From positions 17,077 through 81,076 of the IMG/VR virus record IMGVR_UViG_2974512537_000001: 64,000 nt of DNA. The stretch is one strand, 5' to 3'. Made by a program: the position numbers and the translations under genes. Shown one piece after another: positions 58,748 through 64,000 of this stretch. This stretch comes from a virus (taxonomy: Duplodnaviria; Caudoviricetes). Below the pieces are notes generated by a model that was not told the origin of the DNA, did not search any database, and saw only the letters and a program-made list of their open reading frames with translations. Position 1 is the stretch's first letter. Each line of letters opens with the position of its first letter.

Positions 58748-59254
58748 TTAATCTTCGCTATTAATAATACTTTCAAGTGCGCTAGTACCTTTGCTTCTAT
58801 CTTCAATGGTTAATGCACTTAGCTGTGCCCGGCTTGATGGTGATAATCCATACTGCGTTGACAACACCCTGAACCTATCAAAGAATTTAAGGTGAGTTTT
58901 GATGTACGGATTCTCAACCGTCTTAAAACCATTTTTGGTTTCAACGGTAATCATCAATTTATTACCGTTTTCTGCCATAGCCTTATTTGACTCTTCCATA
59001 CGAGCAAGACATTCAGCTAAGGCCGCTACACCGAATCTATCTAAGTTAGAAAGAATATCAGACTCTTCAAGTAGGTCACAAATGTAAAAGTAATACTTTT
59101 CGGCCGCTTCCCAGCCCCTGATAAACTCTGGTGGCACACGCACTTCATCGGTAGCGCCTTTCAGCCGTTCCTCGTCTTCCATTCTTCGTCTTAAAGATGA
59201 AGCCGATTCGTTGTGGCCTTTAACCAGCGCCGCGGGCTTTCTAGCGTTAGGCAT
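58748..59254 (-). CDS. terS: terminase small subunit (P27-like)
   Basis: M..ARKP, L...D...L..YC-like helix, NPY.K, QYGLSPSSRA. Confidence 0.85.
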   Translation of the reverse strand: MPNARKPAALVKGHNESASSLRRRMEDEERLKGATDEVRVPPEFIRGWEAAEKYYFYICDLLEESDILSNLDRFGVAALAECLARMEESNKAMAENGNKLMITVETKNGFKTVENPYIKTHLKFFDRFRVLSTQYGLSPSSRAQLSALTIEDRSKGTSALESIINSED

Positions 59255-59266
59255 ATGTTCACCCCC

Positions 59267-59707
59267 TTAGAAATGAAGTGTATCATCTAGGTTTATTGTC
59301 GCTTTTGTTGTATTCCAGTCGAAATCAATACCATTTAAACCCATGGCTAAATTGCATTCACGACAAAGCGTAACGCAATTTGATTCGTCATACATCAGCT
59401 CTGGGTGATTGACACGCGGCTGAATATGGTGTACAGTTAAATCATCATACGTGTGCTTGTGTAGCTTTATTAAGCAACGCTGACACTCACCACCATCTCT
59501 CAAAATGATTTTCTTTCTAAAAGAACGCCATCTTTGAGAAGTCAGAGCTTTTTCTGTAATTGTTCGATTTTGGCGTGCTATCCTTGCGTTATGATTGTTA
59601 CGTTTCCTTTTTACAGGACAATCATGCGTACTCTTGTCAACAATCATTCCGCAGTAAGGACACACAGACAAATCTCTACCCGATTGTGTATTCTTCAAGG
59701 TTATCAC
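59267..59707 (-). CDS. packaging-associated HNH endonuclease
   Basis: CPYC...H.CP; RD.G.CQRC, VHHI.P, N...LC..CN; directly upstream of terS. Confidence 0.85.
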   Translation of the reverse strand: MITLKNTQSGRDLSVCPYCGMIVDKSTHDCPVKRKRNNHNARIARQNRTITEKALTSQRWRSFRKKIILRDGGECQRCLIKLHKHTYDDLTVHHIQPRVNHPELMYDESNCVTLCRECNLAMGLNGIDFDWNTTKATINLDDTLHF

Positions 59708-59807
59708 CGTCTACTTCAAGTAGACAACCACAATACGGACAAACAACATAGTCATCTTTTTTATCTATTTCAACTGGAGTCGAACATGACGGACAATTTT
59801 GTGTCAT
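59676..59807 (-). CDS. 43 aa Zn-ribbon protein (not in ORF track)
   Basis: Hand-translated MTQNCPSCSTPVEIDKKDDYVVCPYCGCLLEVDGDNLEEYTIG; GAGGAG SD. Confidence 0.7.
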   Translation of the reverse strand: MTQNCPSCSTPVEIDKKDDYVVCPYCGCLLEVDGDNLEEYTIG

Positions 59808-60022
59808 GTTAAAAACTCCTCTCTGGTTTTGTTATTTACAGTCCCGATAGAAAAAGGCATAGGAAAACATTGCGGGACATCGCAGTTGTGCGCCGAACAG
59901 CGGTTTTTTTAGATAATAATTATCTGCCACACCGAGTATATATGTAGAGAGAGAAATTAATCTCTCACAGGAGGAAAGTGTATGAATAAGGAAAATGAAA
60001 ATGAATGAATTAAAGGAGAGGT

Positions 60023-60223
60023 TTAGTCGTCAGACAGGCTTTTGATAATATCTCTGGTTTCAACGGATAAGTCGTCTAGCCAAGGTTTTTGAGATTCAAT
60101 ATTTGGCTCTTTATCCCAGCCGTGAATCAAGTGGCGAATCGCATTGAGCTTTTCGTCTTCTGTAACACAATCACTTGCATACAGGATAGCTTTAATAAGA
60201 GTTAATTTGTGATTGTTCGACAA
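60023..60223 (-). CDS. hypothetical protein
   Basis: AGGAGG SD before TTG. Confidence 0.6.
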   Translation of the reverse strand: MSNNHKLTLIKAILYASDCVTEDEKLNAIRHLIHGWDKEPNIESQKPWLDDLSVETRDIIKSLSDD

Positions 60224-60817
60224 TATCGTGAAACCTCCTTTGTGAAATAACTTAAATTATATGCTTTCAATATAGGTTGAAAAAGACGAATAGTGATGGT
60301 TGTTGAAACTTATTTTCGACAAATAAAGTGACTAATGAAAATTTTTTTATTTATCTTTAGGATATTTTGGTGCTTAAATATGTTAAACCATACCTTTTAT
60401 CCTTATTAGGTAACTCGCTTCGCTTCGTAACTCACAGTAGCTCGCTTACGCTTCGCACTGTGAGCAACTCTATCATCAAACATACTAATTATGTACAACT
60501 ATCAATCACACCAAGTGACAAGCTAGGTGACACATCACAGACACGTCGAGCCATTTACTAGGTGACTATGCTGGGCAAGCCCAGACCCCTCACCCCCAGC
60601 CTACGTGTCGACTCAGCTAAAGCTTCGTCAACACTCCGTCCCCCTCTCATCACTCTACGTTACACTATATGCTGAATCAGACGTTTGCTGTTTGTGAAAA
60701 AATAAAAATTTCTACACATAAAATATCTCTCATTAAATTCTAATTTAAAAAGTTTTGGCGGTGGCTAGAAACGTTGATATAACGGCATTCTTGATTTTTG
60801 ACACAAATAAAAAAGAT

Positions 60818-60846
60818 TTGACAGACTCGACTTTACATTGTATAAT
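60818..60846 (+). promoter_or_regulatory. consensus sigma-A-like promoter
   Basis: TTGACA-17 nt-TATAAT. Confidence 0.8.
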
Positions 60847-60878
60847 ATAGTTACAAATTAAGAAAGGAATGATTTTTT

Positions 60879-61481
60879 ATGTTGGCAGGAAAGTATGAAT
60901 TAGACGAGAATAAACTTATCGCCGGTTACAACGGTGATGATTCGCTAAGCTACGATGAGGGTGTAATTAAGAGTTTGGAGTCGGTCGATGATATTCTGAA
61001 ATATAATATGTTGGTGCCATATTCTGATGACGCCCAAAAGCTGGCCATTATCATCTATAAGATTCGTAATGACCAACCCGTTTCTGATGAGGAGTCCGAC
61101 TTCCTAGATACAATAAATTCGAGATTCATTGTCCACTCTCAACGAAACGATTTGACTAAACGTGAGATTTTTTGCCTGTTCATGAACCAATACTGGGATT
61201 GGTCAGCATTGGAACTACCAAAAACCAAAGACGTTGATGTTAGTTTCAAGGCGCTATTCTCGGCTTACGCACAGTTTTGCAGTGATAATCATTTCGACCG
61301 AGCTACTCGCCGATTGAAAAGAACAGAATTTGAATCGTATTTGAGTCACTACGGCTACATTAAGCGCACACAGAGAATTATTGCAGGCAAGAAACGTGCT
61401 GTCAAAGTAATTCTTGACTTACCAAGTTACAAGCAGGGGATTGAGATTCCTAAGTTTGATTTACGAGAATATTACAAATAA
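60879..61481 (+). CDS. hypothetical protein with C-terminal winged-helix-like region
   Basis: LFSAYAQFC...FESYL resembles the C-terminal wHTH of D5/P4-type primase-helicases (by eye). Confidence 0.6.
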   Translation: MLAGKYELDENKLIAGYNGDDSLSYDEGVIKSLESVDDILKYNMLVPYSDDAQKLAIIIYKIRNDQPVSDEESDFLDTINSRFIVHSQRNDLTKREIFCLFMNQYWDWSALELPKTKDVDVSFKALFSAYAQFCSDNHFDRATRRLKRTEFESYLSHYGYIKRTQRIIAGKKRAVKVILDLPSYKQGIEIPKFDLREYYK

Positions 61482-61553
61482 AAATAAAAAAGTGCTTGAC
61501 TTTTACCGCCTCGTGCGGTAAGATACATATATAAATTAAAGGAGGTGATAAAA

Positions 61554-61721
61554 ATGGTTTACGGACTTATTCGCTTTATTATTATGGTAACTGTCGGTAC
61601 AGTGATTGCTATCACTCTCGCTTTAGGTGTTGGATTTATCGTAGGTACACCAGTTATTTGGAAGTGGGTAGTTGGCGTTTTAATCATTGTATTTGGGGTG
61701 ATTGATAGAGTAGTTCGATAG
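61554..61721 (+). CDS. 55 aa membrane protein (not in ORF track)
   Basis: AGGAGGTG SD; two hydrophobic helices. Confidence 0.65.
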   Translation: MVYGLIRFIIMVTVGTVIAITLALGVGFIVGTPVIWKWVVGVLIIVFGVIDRVVR

Positions 61722-61734
61722 GAGGAAATTAAAA

Positions 61735-61962
61735 ATGGAAGAAATCAAAATTCTAGTTGAAGCTGACAAGGACGGTAACAATGACTTAACCGTGATTCAA
61801 CCAAGTCAGGGTGTACGGGCTTCTGATGTGATGACTGTTATAAGCGCACCTCTCATGGACGTGGTTCTTGATATTTGCGATAACAGTCAGGGTGAAGCAG
61901 TTGACTTACTAATTTTTATGTTAAAAGGCTATGCAAAAGCTAATAATATTGATTTAAAATAG
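61735..61962 (+). CDS. small early protein, paralog 1
   Basis: TAGGAGGAAATTAAAAATG leader; similar to the next ORF. Confidence 0.7.
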   Translation: MEEIKILVEADKDGNNDLTVIQPSQGVRASDVMTVISAPLMDVVLDICDNSQGEAVDLLIFMLKGYAKANNIDLK

Positions 61963-61974
61963 GAGGAAATTAAA

Positions 61975-62199
61975 ATGATTAAGATTTTAGTTGAACAACA
62001 AATTGATGGCAACGGGAACAAAGCAACAATTATTGAACCGAAAGATGGCTTAAAAGCTATTGACGCACTGACGACACTGGCTTCACCTGTGGTTAACTTA
62101 ATCCTCGAAGCTACCGATAACGACCGTGAGAAGTCGATTGAAGCTCTAACAGCGTTGTTAGATAGTTATATTGAAGCCAACGACATTGAAACACGATAG
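61975..62199 (+). CDS. small early protein, paralog 2
   Basis: IKILVE...G..A.D..T..A.P......AN.I shared with 61735-61962. Confidence 0.7.
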   Translation: MIKILVEQQIDGNGNKATIIEPKDGLKAIDALTTLASPVVNLILEATDNDREKSIEALTALLDSYIEANDIETR

Positions 62200-62205
62200 G
62201 AGGAA

Positions 62206-62400
62206 ATGAAGATGAAAGACAAAATGACGGGCAACATTGCAATTGAAGTTACTGATGACCAAGTTAAATTTAAATCTGAATTGGACGAACAAACCACGTG
62301 GGGGTTCATTATCGTATCTTTAATCAACCTATCAAAACGACTCGACCTTGATGAAGATGAATTATTAGAAATGGTAAAATACACTTGGAAAGAGATGTAA
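62206..62400 (+). CDS. hypothetical protein
   Basis: TAGGAGG SD. Confidence 0.65.
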   Translation: MKMKDKMTGNIAIEVTDDQVKFKSELDEQTTWGFIIVSLINLSKRLDLDEDELLEMVKYTWKEM

Positions 62401-62416
62401 AATTAAGGGGAAGAAA

Positions 62417-62749
62417 ATTAAAATAACTGGGAATGGAATCTTTGAAGTAAACTTAGCAACTTTGGAAGCGCAGTGGCGTGAATCATGGGCAGAAGCTTCA
62501 CGAGAGTTAGGAATCAGCACGTCAAACATCAATGACGTTATTGATGGTCGAGCGCGTTCAGCGCTAGGCTACTGGTTCGTAAATGACGATGATGAAGCGG
62601 TTGAAAATGTCCATAAGAAGTTTCATGGTGCTCAAAAAGAAGGGCTATGGTTTACGGAAACTGGTGACAAAGAAGTAGACAATAAGTTAATGAACTTTGT
62701 TGTTGGAGCGCACCATGATAGTAATGCTATTTTAAAGGTTGAAATTTAG
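62417..62749 (+). CDS. stand-alone NUMOD1/IENR1-like HTH protein (start uncertain, possibly ATT)
   Basis: WRESWAEASRELGIS.SNI..VI.GR...A.GYWF; frame open upstream of TTG 62462. Confidence 0.55.
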   Translation: MKITGNGIFEVNLATLEAQWRESWAEASRELGISTSNINDVIDGRARSALGYWFVNDDDEAVENVHKKFHGAQKEGLWFTETGDKEVDNKLMNFVVGAHHDSNAILKVEI

Positions 62750-62761
62750 GGAGTGATAATA

Positions 62762-63502
62762 ATGGAAAATGAATTGGTAATCATGCACGACCGACAGGCG
62801 GTGACGAGTAGCTTGCAAGTGGCAGAAACGTTTGAGAAGCAACACAAAAATATCATCAGAGATATTGATAAGTTACTGGAATCTGGTGGCTCAAAATTGA
62901 GCCGCGAGATGTTTTCCAAAGGTGCTTATGCAAATCGTGGTAAGCAATACCCAATGTATTACATGAACCGTGATGGTTTCACGTTGTTGGCCATGGGCTT
63001 CAATGGCAAGAAAGCAATGCAATTCAAGTTGAAGTATATTGAAGCATTTAATTCTATGGAGAAGCAACTTTCAGTTAAGACTGACAGTTACATGATTCAA
63101 GACCCTATTAAACGAGCGGAACGTTGGATTGAGGAGCAGAGGGAACTGAAAGAAGTCCGAAAGGAGTTGGAAATCACTAAACCTAAAGCACAATTCGCAG
63201 ACGCTGTATCTACCAGTAAAACGAGTATTTCGATTACTACTCTTGCTAAACTGCTCAAACAAAACGGCGCTGATATTGGACGGAACCGATTGTTTGCTTG
63301 GTTGCGTAATAACAACTATTTAATCAAATCAGGTAACGACCGCAACACGCCAACACAACGTTCAATGGAGCTAGGGTTGTTTGAAGTAAGAGAAAAGACT
63401 TATTTTAACGATTATGGTGACACTGCACTTAGCAAGTCTTCACGAGTTACTGGTAAAGGACAACAATATTTCATTAACAAATTTTTAAAGGAACAATATT
63501 AA
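62762..63502 (+). CDS. Rha-family + KilAC antirepressor-like protein
   Basis: TSSLQVAETFEKQHKNIIRDI, MNRDGFTLLAMGF; KPKA.FAD.V, GRNRLF.WLR, VTGKGQQYFINKF. Confidence 0.88.
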   Translation: MENELVIMHDRQAVTSSLQVAETFEKQHKNIIRDIDKLLESGGSKLSREMFSKGAYANRGKQYPMYYMNRDGFTLLAMGFNGKKAMQFKLKYIEAFNSMEKQLSVKTDSYMIQDPIKRAERWIEEQRELKEVRKELEITKPKAQFADAVSTSKTSISITTLAKLLKQNGADIGRNRLFAWLRNNNYLIKSGNDRNTPTQRSMELGLFEVREKTYFNDYGDTALSKSSRVTGKGQQYFINKFLKEQY

Positions 63503-63516
63503 GGAGGAATCGAAAG

Positions 63517-63825
63517 ATGACAACAATTAATTTTGACAACACAATCAAAGCAACGGAAGATTATAAAGTAGGCGACTGGTTAATGCGAGTTATGAATGAA
63601 CGAGTTAACGATAACTACGTTGACGACAACCATATTTATCATGTGACAAGTATTGCGATTAATGACAGTACCAAGAAATATGTTCTAATTCCAGTTAGTG
63701 AGCACCCCATCTTAGCGGCAGAACCAATGTTTGACACGCTGTATGAAATGGCGAGCTATTATTTCGCACAGAACATTAAACTTGTTAAGGTTGACGTTAA
63801 CATGAACGTTAAGTTGAGTGAATAG
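63517..63825 (+). CDS. hypothetical protein
   Basis: AAGGAGG SD. Confidence 0.65.
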   Translation: MTTINFDNTIKATEDYKVGDWLMRVMNERVNDNYVDDNHIYHVTSIAINDSTKKYVLIPVSEHPILAAEPMFDTLYEMASYYFAQNIKLVKVDVNMNVKLSE

Positions 63826-64000
63826 AGGTTATTTAGTCGTCAAAAAATTTGGCGGCTTTTTTGTAAATATGGCTTGACAGATTTTGAAAAAGTGTTATCA
63901 TGAGAACATGAAAGGTTGATGATTATGATTAAAATGGATAAGTATGCCAAAACTGCCCAAAAAATATTTTTCCAAAAAATGCTGAACTAGGATTTTGTGC

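Overview
This window is most of the genome of an AT-rich tailed phage with an HK97-type head and a long non-contractile tail. The host is probably a Lactobacillaceae/Firmicutes species (inferred from sigma-A-type promoters, AGGAGG SD sites, and GH25/LysM/SH3 lysin architecture). Layout: 1-8.5 kb (-) RecJ-like nuclease, primase, helicase, deoxynucleoside kinase; 8.65-9.55 kb (+) an ORF-free, promoter-bounded, highly structured ncRNA candidate of about 0.8 kb; 9.6-28.1 kb (+) SSB, AAA ATPase, metallophosphoesterase, PnuC, HNH, an orphan MazF, a LysM protein, and a DnaE polymerase split by a group I intron carrying a GIY-YIG gene; 28.1-59.8 kb (-) packaging, head, tail, lysis and a tyrosine recombinase, with 6 tRNAs and several non-canonical structured RNAs between terS and terL; 60.9-64 kb (+) small early genes and a Rha/KilAC protein. 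Two best candidates for undescribed systems: (1) an antitoxin-less MazF together with a UACAUA hexamer that I found on the sense strand only in non-coding positions, mostly just 3' of hairpins, and never in sense CDS, suggesting phage-programmed RNA processing; (2) homologous +1-frame peptides behind the capsid and tail-tube stop codons that look like the two beta-strands missing from an N-terminally truncated FN3 domain encoded next to the capsid gene, suggesting split-domain virion decoration. All motif scans and RNA pairings were done by eye and need computational confirmation.
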